A stretch of DNA of 64,000 nt from Patescibacteria group bacterium. Lineage in GTDB: Bacteria; Patescibacteriota; Kazan-3B-28; UBA10110. Under the pieces are notes generated by a model. The model saw nothing but the letters and a program-made list of their open reading frames with translations. It was not told the DNA's origin and searched no databases. Below are positions 1 to 9,325 of the stretch, one piece after another. The stretch lies in assembly GCA_043802665.1 (NCBI GenBank), contig JAZDKW010000010.1, positions 4,024 through 68,023 of the forward strand, written 5' to 3'. The position numbers were made by a program, and so were the translations under genes. How positions within the stretch are numbered: position 1 is the first letter of the stretch; every line of letters starts with the position of its first letter.

Positions 1-102
1 TCCACCTTTATAACTAACTGCCATTTTTCGCAGTCCTTTTCTCCTTTTAGTGACAGCTTTCACCATATAATCGGCTCTATCGCGATATTTCCTGGTTTCC
101 AT
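1..102 (-). CDS. N-terminus of a putative HNH homing endonuclease (runs off window)
   Basis: Hand translation METRKYRDRADYMVKAVTKRRKGLRKMAVSYKGG resembles the basic helix ending in YKGG that precedes the CxxC/HNH core of small tRNA-associated HNH proteins. It starts about 30 nt after a tRNA 5' half. The catalytic part is not visible. Confidence 0.6.
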   Translation of the reverse strand, partial: METRKYRDRADYMVKAVTKRRKGLRKMAVSYKGG

Positions 103-131
103 GGCCACATTATCTCATGAAAGAAACTTTC

Positions 132-165
132 ACAGGCAGCCGCTCTACCGCTGAGCTACCCCGGA
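132..165 (-). tRNA. 5' half of tRNA (probably Asn), interrupted in the anticodon loop
   Basis: TCCGGGG-TA-GCTCAGCGGTAGAGC-G-GCTGC-CTGT followed by non-tRNA sequence; the TCC acceptor start is typical of tRNA-Asn. Confidence 0.75.
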
Positions 166-180
166 TTGTTAAGTTACTTC

Positions 181-228
181 GTAACTAATGTAACACCAAT
201 TTAACCAATCTTCACCAATTTCCAATCA
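181..228. repeat. short-period CCAAT tandem array flanking the four-helix-bundle gene
   Basis: caccaat-ttaaccaat-cttcaccaat-ttccaat. Confidence 0.7.
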
Positions 229-588
229 CGACGCAGAAACTTTACGCTTGATGGACGCCAATATCTTAACGATTTCACCACACTCCGTAGATAGAGCACT
301 GGATTTATCACCTATCAACTCCGTTTCGCGCAATAATCTCAACCAATACAACGCTTCTTTGGACTCCTTAATGGCAATCGATAATTTACTAACAAAGTCC
401 TTGCGCGATTCTGATTCACTAGCTTCCATCATATTCGCAGATATAGAGGTAGCTGATTTGACCAATTGCATCATCATCGGCCGATGAATTATAACCAGAT
501 CAGTTTCTTTAGACAAACAAACCACGGCTTTAGAAAAATCAAAGCAACGGGGATAAATATCTAATTTTTCAACAACACTTTCCCCCAT
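226..588 (-). CDS. four-helix-bundle protein (23S rRNA IVS / Avd-like family)
   Basis: QLVKSATSISANMMEA...SRKDFVSKLSIAIKESKEALYWLRLL matches the family pattern. Confidence 0.9.
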   Translation of the reverse strand: MGESVVEKLDIYPRCFDFSKAVVCLSKETDLVIIHRPMMMQLVKSATSISANMMEASESESRKDFVSKLSIAIKESKEALYWLRLLRETELIGDKSSALSTECGEIVKILASIKRKVSAS

Positions 589-589
589 T

Positions 590-629
590 CAATTGGTTAA
601 TTGGTGCACATTGGTGACATTGGAAATTA
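590..629. repeat. ATTGG tandem array, inverted relative to 181-228
   Basis: caattggtt-aattggtg-cacattggtg-acattggaaatt. Confidence 0.7.
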
Positions 630-639
630 AATTAAAAGA

Positions 640-2157
640 TTACTCTAAATAATCTTTTAATTTTTTGCTATCTTTAGACTTCTTCAATTTAGCAAGGGCC
701 TTGGCTTCAATTTGACGAATACGTTCACGGGTAACTCCAAACTCCCTGCCTACCTCTTCCAAAGTATGCGCCCATTCCCCATCCAAACCAAAGCGCATCT
801 TTAGGATCCTTTGCTCCCGAGGAGTTAGCAGATGCAAGACAGTGCTGATATCTGATTTCAATAGATCCTGGGCTGATTGTTCGTCTGGTGTCAAACTATC
901 CTCGTCTTTGATGAAGTCACCCAATAAACTATCGTCCTCGTCACCAACAGATTTCTCCAACGATACAGTCTCCTGCGAAATCTTGAGGATATGATTAACC
1001 TTTTCTATCTCCAAACCCATTTCGTTAGCGATCTCTTCCGGCGAAGGCGGCCGACCTAATTCTTGCACCAATTGCCGTTGGGTGCGCGCCAACCGATTCA
1101 TCGTTTCAACCATATGCACCGGGATGCGAATCGTTCGAGCTTGATCGGCAATCGCCCGCGTAATCGCTTGCTTAATCCACCAGGTAGCATAAGTCGAAAA
1201 CTTAAAACCACGTTTGTAATCAAATTTGTCTACTGCCTTCATTAGACCGATGTTCCCCTCCTGAATCAAATCCAAGAGTGACAATCCGCGACCAATATAT
1301 TTCTTGGCGATGCTCACAACCAAACGCAAGTTAGCCTCCGCCAACTGCTTCGCCGCCATTTTATCACCGGCGGCCACACGCTTGGCTAACGCCACCTCTT
1401 CTGGTTTCTTCAACAGCGCAATCTGCCCGATCTCCTTAAGATACATCCTGACGGAATCTTCCCCGATTGCTTCCGTAGACTCCTCTGCACTCAAGCCTTT
1501 TTTGGTGGGCTTTTTGCTTTTTTTAACCTTCTTTGTCGCCACATCCGATGCACCCGTTTGCCAGATCAAATCCTCTCGCAGATCCACTACTTCGATACTT
1601 AGATCAAAGAAGGCTTCATATAATCTATCCAGCAGTTCAATGTTGTGCTCTGCATCTGGAACAGCTTGATTAAGTTCCTGCTGGGTAATAAAATTCTGAT
1701 CTTGCCCTTTTAGTAACAAGAACTCTACCTCGGACGGAAAATGGTACTTCTTTATCCGGTCCTTGAAACTTCTAACATCATCGAGTTCGTCTACTAATTC
1801 CAGCTCGGGCTCTTGCCCTTCTGTTCCAACAACCTTGGCTTCTATTTCCTCTGTCTTCGTTGTGGAGGCAAGTTCTTGGGATACATTTTTCTTTCGGGCC
1901 ACCTTTAGATTGCCGAATGGCCCCCGCAAAAGTGCGGTGGCAGTTTTTTTGGCCACTTTTTTTACTCGGCCCAGGCCCAGAGCCGCTTTTTTCACTTGCT
2001 TGGCCGGCTTCTTTGCCGACTTAGTCGCCTTCTTGGCTAACTTGACCTTCTTTTTCAAAGGCCGAAGTTGGCGCTTTTGCGCCTTATCACGAGTTTTTTT
2101 GCCCCGCCCAGTTGACCGGGAACGGGTCCCTTTGGTCAGGGATTTTTTCTTTGCCAT
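640..2157 (-). CDS. rpoD: RNA polymerase primary sigma factor with Lys-rich N-terminal extension
   Basis: [47 protein letters not shown]. Confidence 0.97.
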   Translation of the reverse strand: MAKKKSLTKGTRSRSTGRGKKTRDKAQKRQLRPLKKKVKLAKKATKSAKKPAKQVKKAALGLGRVKKVAKKTATALLRGPFGNLKVARKKNVSQELASTTKTEEIEAKVVGTEGQEPELELVDELDDVRSFKDRIKKYHFPSEVEFLLLKGQDQNFITQQELNQAVPDAEHNIELLDRLYEAFFDLSIEVVDLREDLIWQTGASDVATKKVKKSKKPTKKGLSAEESTEAIGEDSVRMYLKEIGQIALLKKPEEVALAKRVAAGDKMAAKQLAEANLRLVVSIAKKYIGRGLSLLDLIQEGNIGLMKAVDKFDYKRGFKFSTYATWWIKQAITRAIADQARTIRIPVHMVETMNRLARTQRQLVQELGRPPSPEEIANEMGLEIEKVNHILKISQETVSLEKSVGDEDDSLLGDFIKDEDSLTPDEQSAQDLLKSDISTVLHLLTPREQRILKMRFGLDGEWAHTLEEVGREFGVTRERIRQIEAKALAKLKKSKDSKKLKDYLE

Positions 2158-2172
2158 ATGCTAATAGAATAA

Positions 2173-3954
2173 TTAAAATTGTCGGTTAAATTCCTCTAAA
2201 AGCTCTTTGAGTTTGACAGCGTTACCCGCTATCTCCGCCTCATTAATCTGGAGATTCAGATTGGCCATAGCTTGCCGCACCGAGCGTTGTTTCAATAAAT
2301 TGACGTAAAATTTCAGCTCCTGCGCCACCTCATCCGGTGGCATCTCGGCATAATATTCCTCAACCATTACCAGCATTTCCAGAAGGTCTACTTTGTCTTG
2401 GTACTCTAATTGTTCAATAAACCCGTCTAAGGAAAATTCTTTCCCAGTATAGCAATTTTTTAGCTCTGCGTAAACTTTTTTGCTTAGCGCATCGGGCCAA
2501 GTTACCTGATCTAAAGTTTCTTTAATCTCCTCTAATTGTTTTGGGCTGAAAACTAACATCCCTATAATCCGCCGTTCCAGCCAATCCGCCCTCTCCGTCG
2601 GCTTAGCCACCTCGTTTGGCATCACTCCGGACCGTTGAAAAGCCTTGCCAGGCCGCTCTCGTCTGATTCCTCCTCCTGGCCTGCGCTTAGCCTCTAATCC
2701 TTTTAGTGCCTCATACAAATTGGCCTGACTAACATCCAATGCCGACGACAGTTTTTTCACATATTGATCCTTCTCCACTGGGCTGGCTAACAGATTAATA
2801 GTCGGCAAAACCTCGGCCGCCACCTTTTTTTTGTCATTCACTGAAGACAAGCCGTATTTCTTAACAGCATAATCAATATAAAAATCCACGATCGGTACAG
2901 CCGCCTCCACTACCGCTCGCCATTTGGCCGGATCGGCCTTAGCGCATTCATCTGGATCTTTATATCCTTCTTCCAGAATTGCTACTTTAATCTCCAGATC
3001 ACTTTGCGAAGCTAATTCAATCGCCCGCTTGGTCGCTTCACTTCCCGCTCCATCCGCATCTAACGCTAAAATTAAAGTTTCGGCATAACGGCGAATCGTT
3101 TCTAATTGCTCCACGGTTAACGCTGTACCGGAAGAAGCCACCACATTCTGCACTCCAGCCTGATAAGACGACAGGGCATCCATTTGCCCTTCCACCAACA
3201 CTGCCGCTTTCTTTTCTTGAATCGCCTCCTTGGTAACAGATAAACCGTACAAAATTCTGCCCTTGTTAAAGAGGGGTGTTTCGGGAGAATTTAGATACTT
3301 GGGCTGATCCTTAGAATCCAACACCCGCCCCGTAAATCCAACCACCTTGCCACTGATGTCTGCGATCGGGAATATTAGACGGTGACGGAATTTATCTACC
3401 ACGTTGCCCCCTCGCCGAGACAGTAACCCTGCTTTTTCGCTATCTTCGCGGGTATAACCCCGTCGCGTCAGAAATTTAGCTAAATAATCCCATCCTGCCG
3501 GTGCATAACCCAGACGAAACTTCTTAGCCGTTTCTGCCGATAGTCCCCGATTAACCAAATAATTCATCGCTTGCCGCCCAGCGGTGCTATCTACCATATA
3601 TTTACCGAAAAACTTGGCCGCCAGCTCGTTAATAGCAAAGAGTTTGCTTTTTATCCCCCAATCCCTCGGCCGAGTTTTGAGTTCTACCCCAACCCGTTCC
3701 GCCAGTTGTGAAAGAGCTTCACCAAACTCTAACCCCTCTTTTTTCATCAAAAAACCAAAGACGTCTCCCCCAGCCCCACATCCAAAACAGTGCCAGATTT
3801 GCTTATCCGGGCTCACAATGAGCGAAGGGTCTTTATCTCCGTGAAATGGGCAAACCGCCCGAAAATTCCTTCCGGCCTTTTTCAAGGGTAAATATTGCCC
3901 AACAAACTCGACAATATCTACCTTGGCTTTGATCTCGTCTAACTGATCCATCAC
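2173..3954 (-). CDS. dnaG: DNA primase
   Basis: CPFH...CFGC zinc finger, KYLNSPET, VEGQMD and DADGAG TOPRIM motifs; upstream of rpoD. Confidence 0.97.
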   Translation of the reverse strand: MMDQLDEIKAKVDIVEFVGQYLPLKKAGRNFRAVCPFHGDKDPSLIVSPDKQIWHCFGCGAGGDVFGFLMKKEGLEFGEALSQLAERVGVELKTRPRDWGIKSKLFAINELAAKFFGKYMVDSTAGRQAMNYLVNRGLSAETAKKFRLGYAPAGWDYLAKFLTRRGYTREDSEKAGLLSRRGGNVVDKFRHRLIFPIADISGKVVGFTGRVLDSKDQPKYLNSPETPLFNKGRILYGLSVTKEAIQEKKAAVLVEGQMDALSSYQAGVQNVVASSGTALTVEQLETIRRYAETLILALDADGAGSEATKRAIELASQSDLEIKVAILEEGYKDPDECAKADPAKWRAVVEAAVPIVDFYIDYAVKKYGLSSVNDKKKVAAEVLPTINLLASPVEKDQYVKKLSSALDVSQANLYEALKGLEAKRRPGGGIRRERPGKAFQRSGVMPNEVAKPTERADWLERRIIGMLVFSPKQLEEIKETLDQVTWPDALSKKVYAELKNCYTGKEFSLDGFIEQLEYQDKVDLLEMLVMVEEYYAEMPPDEVAQELKFYVNLLKQRSVRQAMANLNLQINEAEIAGNAVKLKELLEEFNRQF

Positions 3955-3960
3955 CCACCA

Positions 3961-4410
3961 TTATACCCCGATGGCTTCTTTGACTTTGACTTGATCAATA
4001 TTATCCATTGTCAGCCAGGCCGACATCAATCCAAACCCAGATTTATCGATATCAAACGGGGGGATTTTCTCGGGGTTTTCCAAAAAGATTAGCAGACAAT
4101 ATTTTTTGTCCTTAAACAACTCGAAAAACTTAGGCACCGCATCTTTGGATATACCGTCTTCACTGCCATAAGCCTCCAAAATTCTTTTAACTTTTTCCTG
4201 GGTCAAATGGGTAAAAGTAACTACTTTCTTCACCTGGGCTTTGGCTGACACCCAGTCCCCTGCATCTTTAAAATAAATTGTTTCACCAGCCTGGATCTTT
4301 CCCCACGGTGCTCGTTTAGTGGCATACCAGCGCGATTCAATAGTCTTCTCCCCAGACAAAATCTTGGGCAGAAGCTTCCACGACTTCTTCATTATCGCTA
4401 TATGATCCAT
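3961..4410 (-). CDS. ASCH/PUA-like domain protein
   Basis: ILSGEKTIESR (GxKxxExR) ASCH signature. Confidence 0.75.
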   Translation of the reverse strand: MDHIAIMKKSWKLLPKILSGEKTIESRWYATKRAPWGKIQAGETIYFKDAGDWVSAKAQVKKVVTFTHLTQEKVKRILEAYGSEDGISKDAVPKFFELFKDKKYCLLIFLENPEKIPPFDIDKSGFGLMSAWLTMDNIDQVKVKEAIGV

Positions 4411-4433
4411 CGCCCCTATTATACTCTGACTGG

Positions 4434-4796
4434 CTAACTTTTTAGATCAATCCCACCAGCCTTTGTGTTGGCGTGTTTCCCCCTGGTTTGATCAACTGGG
4501 AAACGTTTTTCGTATTCTGCCATAACTTCATTAATCGCCTGCTCCGAATCAACTCCACAAAGATGAGCTATTTTTAGGATTAGAAAAACCATATCTCCAA
4601 CGAAATTAGCCACTTCTTCTTTATTTTCCTTTATTAGTCGCTGTTGTTCAGGAGCATCCACCCACTTAATCACATTCCAAAATTCCCCGATTTCCTCATT
4701 CATATTTAACAGCAAGTCCTTAATCTGCGAAGGGTTGCTCCATTCTCGCTCGTCATCAAATTTTTGAATCTTATCTTGAATGTTTTTCATAAGCAT
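4434..4796 (-). CDS. MazG-like nucleotide pyrophosphohydrolase
   Basis: FDDEREW...LLNMNEEIGEF...VGD...KRFP resembles the dCTPase/RS21-C6-like fold. Confidence 0.8.
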   Translation of the reverse strand: MLMKNIQDKIQKFDDEREWSNPSQIKDLLLNMNEEIGEFWNVIKWVDAPEQQRLIKENKEEVANFVGDMVFLILKIAHLCGVDSEQAINEVMAEYEKRFPVDQTRGKHANTKAGGIDLKS

Positions 4797-4804
4797 GCTT
4801 CTTC

Positions 4805-5422
4805 CTAATTAACAGTTATGGATTCTGCCAGCAACTTTTTGACTGCCTGGGTGGCATCTTCCCAATTGTACGCGCGGATGACTCCGGTTGGGAGCTGGTC
4901 GTTTCTGTTCCAGGGTTTATCTATCAGCACCATTTTAATGTTATGCGCCATTAAGACATCGGCGTGGCGGGCATCATCATCAATAATCACCTCACATCCA
5001 GCTTGCTCACATAATTCACCTTTAGTCAATGCCGGGCTACCATCCATAGAGTAATGATTGGCAAATAATACTCCACGAAAGACACCGGGAAAGTTTTTCT
5101 CCAGATAAGTATGAGTAATGGCTTCGGCAACATGCTGGCGAGCTGTAACAATATATAGCTCGTGTCCGCACGCTAATTCTTGGATAAATTCTTGGGCGCC
5201 TGGTATCAGTGGCAAATTAGCAAACTCGGGGGTCAAGAAAAAATCATGCACATCTCGAACCGCCTGCTCCACTGTAATTTTCATAAAATTTGGCCAGTGA
5301 TAGTCCACCACATCCTCAAAACACCAATTAGTGCCATGCTGTGGGTTGTACCACTTCAAGAATTCCGCGATAAAACTACACAGCACATCATCTAAATCCA
5401 CCGCTATTTTCATATTCTTCAT
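4805..5422 (-). CDS. HAD-family 5'(3')-deoxyribonucleotidase (NT5C-like)
   Basis: IAVDLDDVL, IVTAR, IIDD and PWN motifs. Confidence 0.85.
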   Translation of the reverse strand: MKNMKIAVDLDDVLCSFIAEFLKWYNPQHGTNWCFEDVVDYHWPNFMKITVEQAVRDVHDFFLTPEFANLPLIPGAQEFIQELACGHELYIVTARQHVAEAITHTYLEKNFPGVFRGVLFANHYSMDGSPALTKGELCEQAGCEVIIDDDARHADVLMAHNIKMVLIDKPWNRNDQLPTGVIRAYNWEDATQAVKKLLAESITVN

Positions 5423-5436
5423 TATACCCGAACGAG

Positions 5437-5790
5437 TTATTGTATTGGCGCCCGCAATTGTTTGCGGATAGTAGTATAATCCGGAATGGTTTTCGCTACC
5501 AAATTCCAGAATTTCTTTGAATGATTAAACTCCCCCAGGTGACAAAGCTCATGCACAATAATATAGTCCGCCACTTTTGGGGACAACAAAACAATTCTAT
5601 AATTAAAATTGAGGTTGCCCTTTCTTGAACAGCTCCCCCAGCGACATCGTTGATTTCTAATACTGATCCGATTAACCGCAAAATCATAATTTTGATTAAA
5701 ATAATCAATGCGCTCTCGCACCAAAGACCGGGCCAACTCTTTGTTGGCTAAAAACTCCACCCGATTTCGCCGTAATCTGAATCTAAACAT
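5437..5790 (-). CDS. YgjP/DUF45 (M48-like) zinc metallohydrolase
   Basis: RWGSCS...YIIVHELCHL..NHSKKFW. Confidence 0.9.
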   Translation of the reverse strand: MFRFRLRRNRVEFLANKELARSLVRERIDYFNQNYDFAVNRISIRNQRCRWGSCSRKGNLNFNYRIVLLSPKVADYIIVHELCHLGEFNHSKKFWNLVAKTIPDYTTIRKQLRAPIQ

Positions 5791-5802
5791 AGTTTTATTT
5801 TA

Positions 5803-5872
5803 CCCCGTTAGAAGCGATTAGCTATTTATATTAAGCAAGCGGAAATATGAATATTCCCTGCTTCTAACGGGG
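5803..5872. mobile_element. MITE-like element, copy 1
   Basis: Terminal inverted repeats CCCCGTTAGAAGC / GCTTCTAACGGGG. Confidence 0.7.
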
Positions 5873-5882
5873 TAAACTAAGC

Positions 5883-5906
5883 AAAAACCCGCACGGTGCG
5901 GGTTTT
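5883..5906. terminator. intrinsic terminator-like hairpin
   Basis: aaaaacccgcac-g-gtgcgggtttt, downstream of the minus-strand ORF 5926-6264. Confidence 0.6.
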
Positions 5907-5925
5907 AAAATGAGCATGGAAGAAC

Positions 5926-6264
5926 TTATAGTTGGTGCAACTTTCTTGGCTGCACCGTGGTATTGGCAGTTATCAAAGCAATAGCCATTGCCAGCATTGC
6001 CTGACGAACTTCGAATTTAAGATCGTCTGGGAATACTTCTTTGGATTCCCAAATTAACTTTGCTACCTCAGGATAGTTTGCTCTGAGGTATCTATTAATT
6101 TCGGTGATCTCGCTGTTTTTCAGTTCCTTGATCAATTCATCGCACGAAGATATTGATATCTTCTTCGGCAAACCACCCTCAAGGACTTTGATTACCGCAT
6201 GAGCTCCAAAGCTCTTTTGTCTTATTGACATACTGAATTCTCCTCCATGAGATATAAGGTGCAA
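5926..6264 (-). CDS. hypothetical protein (likely start ATG 6231)
   Basis: ORF with a GGAGG SD before MSIRQ and a downstream terminator. Confidence 0.55.
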   Translation of the reverse strand: MHLISHGGEFSMSIRQKSFGAHAVIKVLEGGLPKKISISSCDELIKELKNSEITEINRYLRANYPEVAKLIWESKEVFPDDLKFEVRQAMLAMAIALITANTTVQPRKLHQL

Positions 6265-6430
6265 AATTTTGACAGACTTATACTATAAACCTTTACTCCT
6301 GATCAGTCAAGAGTATTCACAAAAACCACCCTTTTATCATCTGGCCACACCTTCATTTCCATCGGCTGGCGGATGACAAACAGTGAAAATAAAAACCCTG
6401 GGTTTAGCCCGTGAACAACTGCGAGTTTCC

Positions 6431-6622
6431 CTATAATTTATTAGTCGCCCAAGCGTAAAGCAAATACAACGCCAGCACAATTCCTACCACCAACAAAATG
6501 GTCATATACGGTGCCCAGATACTATACCAGTACGCACCGACTACGATCCCTAAAAGAAACATCGCCAACTTAAGCGAGCCTATCTCCCACCAGTCCAATT
6601 TATATTTCCCAAACAGCTTCAT
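6431..6622 (-). CDS. small two-helix membrane protein
   Basis: Two hydrophobic segments; AT-rich upstream region with TAAAAT. Confidence 0.65.
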   Translation of the reverse strand: MKLFGKYKLDWWEIGSLKLAMFLLGIVVGAYWYSIWAPYMTILLVVGIVLALYLLYAWATNKL

Positions 6623-6714
6623 ACTATTATTTTACATCCTGTGATTGGTAAAAACCATACTTATTCATTACATCGATTATTACCAACTCATACCTGCACC
6701 TACAGGGAACAAGT

Positions 6715-7893
6715 TTATTTTTTGTTCTTTTTGTGTACACCGTTTAGCCCCGGATTTTGTCTAATAATTTTCAGGTAAATTTTTATTAGCTTCCCGGCAA
6801 TTGCTTTGCTAGAAAATCTATGCGCCGTACGGCAAGCCGCCCGCGACAAACGGTAGCGTAGTGTCTTGTTCTGCAATAATTTATTAACCACTGCTATCGC
6901 TTCGTCTTGTGAATTGACCAAAAACCCATTTTGATTATTTTTGATTATTTCCGGCGCCACTCCTACTGGATAAGTCACAGGGATCAGTCCACAAGCCATT
7001 CCTTCCACTAAACTTAAGGAAAAACCTTCGTAGCGCGAAGGGATAAACAAAATACTTCCTGCCAAAGGACGAAGTAAGACAGGCAGACGGTCTTTCTTTA
7101 CATTAGTAAATAAAGCATGATTAGGTATGGCCCCACGCATCCAGTGGATTAATTTCTTGTTGGTGGTAATACAAAATGTCAATTTTTTGACATTAGGAAA
7201 TTGACGGTATAAATGCACCAGCCGATCCATGCCTTTGAGTTTTAAAGTAAAAGCATCATTTCCCAGCCGCCCCAAAAAAACAATGTCTGCCTGATCCCTA
7301 CATCTTTGAGCTCTTTTTGCTAACCAGTAATCCTCAATAGCATTGTGCACTAAATAAACTTTATTTTTATTTACTTTCATCGACAGGAGTTCTTGCTTGA
7401 CCGATTCTGACGTAGCAATCACAGCGGCCGCTCGCAAAGCCACATATTCTTCCACATCGGCAATATCCCGAAGTGGACGACGGGTTTTAATATCTAATTC
7501 CCCAATGGCTCCCTGTTTGCGCAAATCATACCAAGTTCTGCTGGTTTCCGCTTTTAACCTACGCGATAGAGGGACATTATTTAAAAACCCCTGGGTGGTT
7601 GACCCAAAGTGGCTTACTACCGGTCTATGAAAAGCCAAAAATGGCAACGGCGTGTATGTTGTACCCTGAATGATGTCAAATTTTAAAATTTCATTACGCT
7701 GTTCTAATAAAGAATAAAAAAATAGAATATTTTTCATACCGCCCAAGTAGACCGGAGTGTTAGTCAAAGATATGCGGGGATAAAAGTTTCTTATCTCTAC
7801 CCCCCGCTCTCTCAGTTTGGCAACCATTAAATCATTGATGTAATGAGCGCCTGTACCAATTTTCTTCTCATTGTGAATAAAAGCGATCTTCAT
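6715..7893 (-). CDS. glycosyltransferase family 4
   Basis: PSRYEGFSLSLVEGMACG, typical GT-B/GT4 motif. Confidence 0.9.
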   Translation of the reverse strand: MKIAFIHNEKKIGTGAHYINDLMVAKLRERGVEIRNFYPRISLTNTPVYLGGMKNILFFYSLLEQRNEILKFDIIQGTTYTPLPFLAFHRPVVSHFGSTTQGFLNNVPLSRRLKAETSRTWYDLRKQGAIGELDIKTRRPLRDIADVEEYVALRAAAVIATSESVKQELLSMKVNKNKVYLVHNAIEDYWLAKRAQRCRDQADIVFLGRLGNDAFTLKLKGMDRLVHLYRQFPNVKKLTFCITTNKKLIHWMRGAIPNHALFTNVKKDRLPVLLRPLAGSILFIPSRYEGFSLSLVEGMACGLIPVTYPVGVAPEIIKNNQNGFLVNSQDEAIAVVNKLLQNKTLRYRLSRAACRTAHRFSSKAIAGKLIKIYLKIIRQNPGLNGVHKKNKK

Positions 7894-8092
7894 GACGCTT
7901 GTCGTTTATCGAATATACCCCATTATGGCTACATTAAATTGAATATGTCAAGATTTTATCTGTCCCAGACCACATTTTTTGCCATACCCCCTATCCGATT
8001 TCCCAATCAAAGTCATCAAGCAGAGTTTACTGAAGCTAATTTCTTAGATACACTTGATTATCACTCTTTGACAAATAAAAAGGAGGCGTCCT

Positions 8093-9136
8093 ATGAAAGA
8101 CGTCGTCATGAAAGATGTAATTATCCGTAGCACCGGGAGTTACACTCCTGATGATCGATTAACTAATGCTTGGTTCATAGAGCACCTCGATACCACCAAT
8201 GAATGGATTGTTAAGCGCACCGGGATCAAGGAAAGACGGAGAGCCGTCCCTGGAGAGACTACCTCAGATATGGGATACCAAGCCGTTAAACGGTGTCTGG
8301 AAAAAGCCAATGTCAAACCATCCGAAATTGGTTTACTCATTTGTGCAACGGTCACCGGGGACACTAATTTCCCCGCTACGGGGAAATGGATCCAGGCCAA
8401 GTTTAAGTTTAAGCATTTCGACTGTTGGTCCTGGGACCTCAAGTCCGGTTGCACATCATTTTTGGATGCTTTGGCCCCCGCCGCCGCTATGTTGCAAACG
8501 GGTATGGTTAAATACGCCGTGGTGGTCGCGGCAGAGATGATGACCAGCTTGGCTAATTACCAGGACCGAGCAACCTGTATTTTGTTCGGAGACGCCGCCG
8601 CGTGCGTATTGCTCGAGGCAGTTGATCCTTCGGAAAATCCCTTCGGTTACGGGATAAAGAATTTCCACTTCGACAGTGATCCGACTAAAACAGATTTATT
8701 GATACAACTTGCTGGCGGATCCAAAGAGCCAATTACCCAAGCCAATATAGCTTCTGGCCGACAATATTTGCATATGGATGGTAATCGGGTATATCGGGCC
8801 GCGGTAAATTCTATGGTTGCGTCGGCAAAGAAAATTTCTGAACAAGCTGGCCTCCGGGTGACTGATTTCGATTGGTGGGTATTCCATCAAGCCAATCAGC
8901 GCATCTCCGAAGAAGTAGCCCGGAGATTGCGGCTTCCCTTCGATAGGGTTTTTAATAATATTGCGGAGTTTGGTAACACCTCTGGTGCCACTCTGCCATT
9001 GTGCTTGGATCAAATGGCTACCCAAGGATTATTGCACCCGGGCCAACAAATCGGCTTCATTAGCTTCGGCACCGGCTTTTCCGGGGCAGGATGCCGAATT
9101 TCCATTGGGCATCTCCCTGAAACCGCTAAAAAGTGA
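8093..9136 (+). CDS. fabH: 3-oxoacyl-ACP synthase III
   Basis: RTGIKERR, SGCTSF (catalytic Cys), FGDAA, FHQAN (His), GNTSGA (Asn); AAGGAGG SD. Confidence 0.92.
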   Translation: MKDVVMKDVIIRSTGSYTPDDRLTNAWFIEHLDTTNEWIVKRTGIKERRRAVPGETTSDMGYQAVKRCLEKANVKPSEIGLLICATVTGDTNFPATGKWIQAKFKFKHFDCWSWDLKSGCTSFLDALAPAAAMLQTGMVKYAVVVAAEMMTSLANYQDRATCILFGDAAACVLLEAVDPSENPFGYGIKNFHFDSDPTKTDLLIQLAGGSKEPITQANIASGRQYLHMDGNRVYRAAVNSMVASAKKISEQAGLRVTDFDWWVFHQANQRISEEVARRLRLPFDRVFNNIAEFGNTSGATLPLCLDQMATQGLLHPGQQIGFISFGTGFSGAGCRISIGHLPETAKK

Positions 9137-9168
9137 TCTGCATTGCTCTTAAAAATGTCCACTCTCTT

Positions 9169-9195
9169 CCCGCGACTACCAAGTCGCGGGTTTTT
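9169..9195 (+). terminator. intrinsic terminator after fabH
   Basis: cccgcgact-acca-agtcgcggg-ttttt. Confidence 0.75.
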
Positions 9196-9325
9196 ACTTT
9201 GACAAACTCCCTAAAGTACCATAGTATTAGTTGACTTAACCGCAACCGATAAGAGCCACTCATGGCTTGATATAAATTAGTGCAGAAAGGTACCTTAATA
9301 ATTCGAAAAGGAGGTCGCAAAAACA

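Noticed and set aside
181-629. CRISPR array or DGR suggested by short repeats and an Avd-like protein
   Set aside because: The repeats are 7-10 bp with no spacers, and no cas gene, reverse transcriptase or TR/VR pair is visible in the window.
6396-6413. ccctgggtttagcccgtg resembling an IS200/IS605 end hairpin
   Set aside because: Single, degenerate, and with no tnpA/tnpB nearby.
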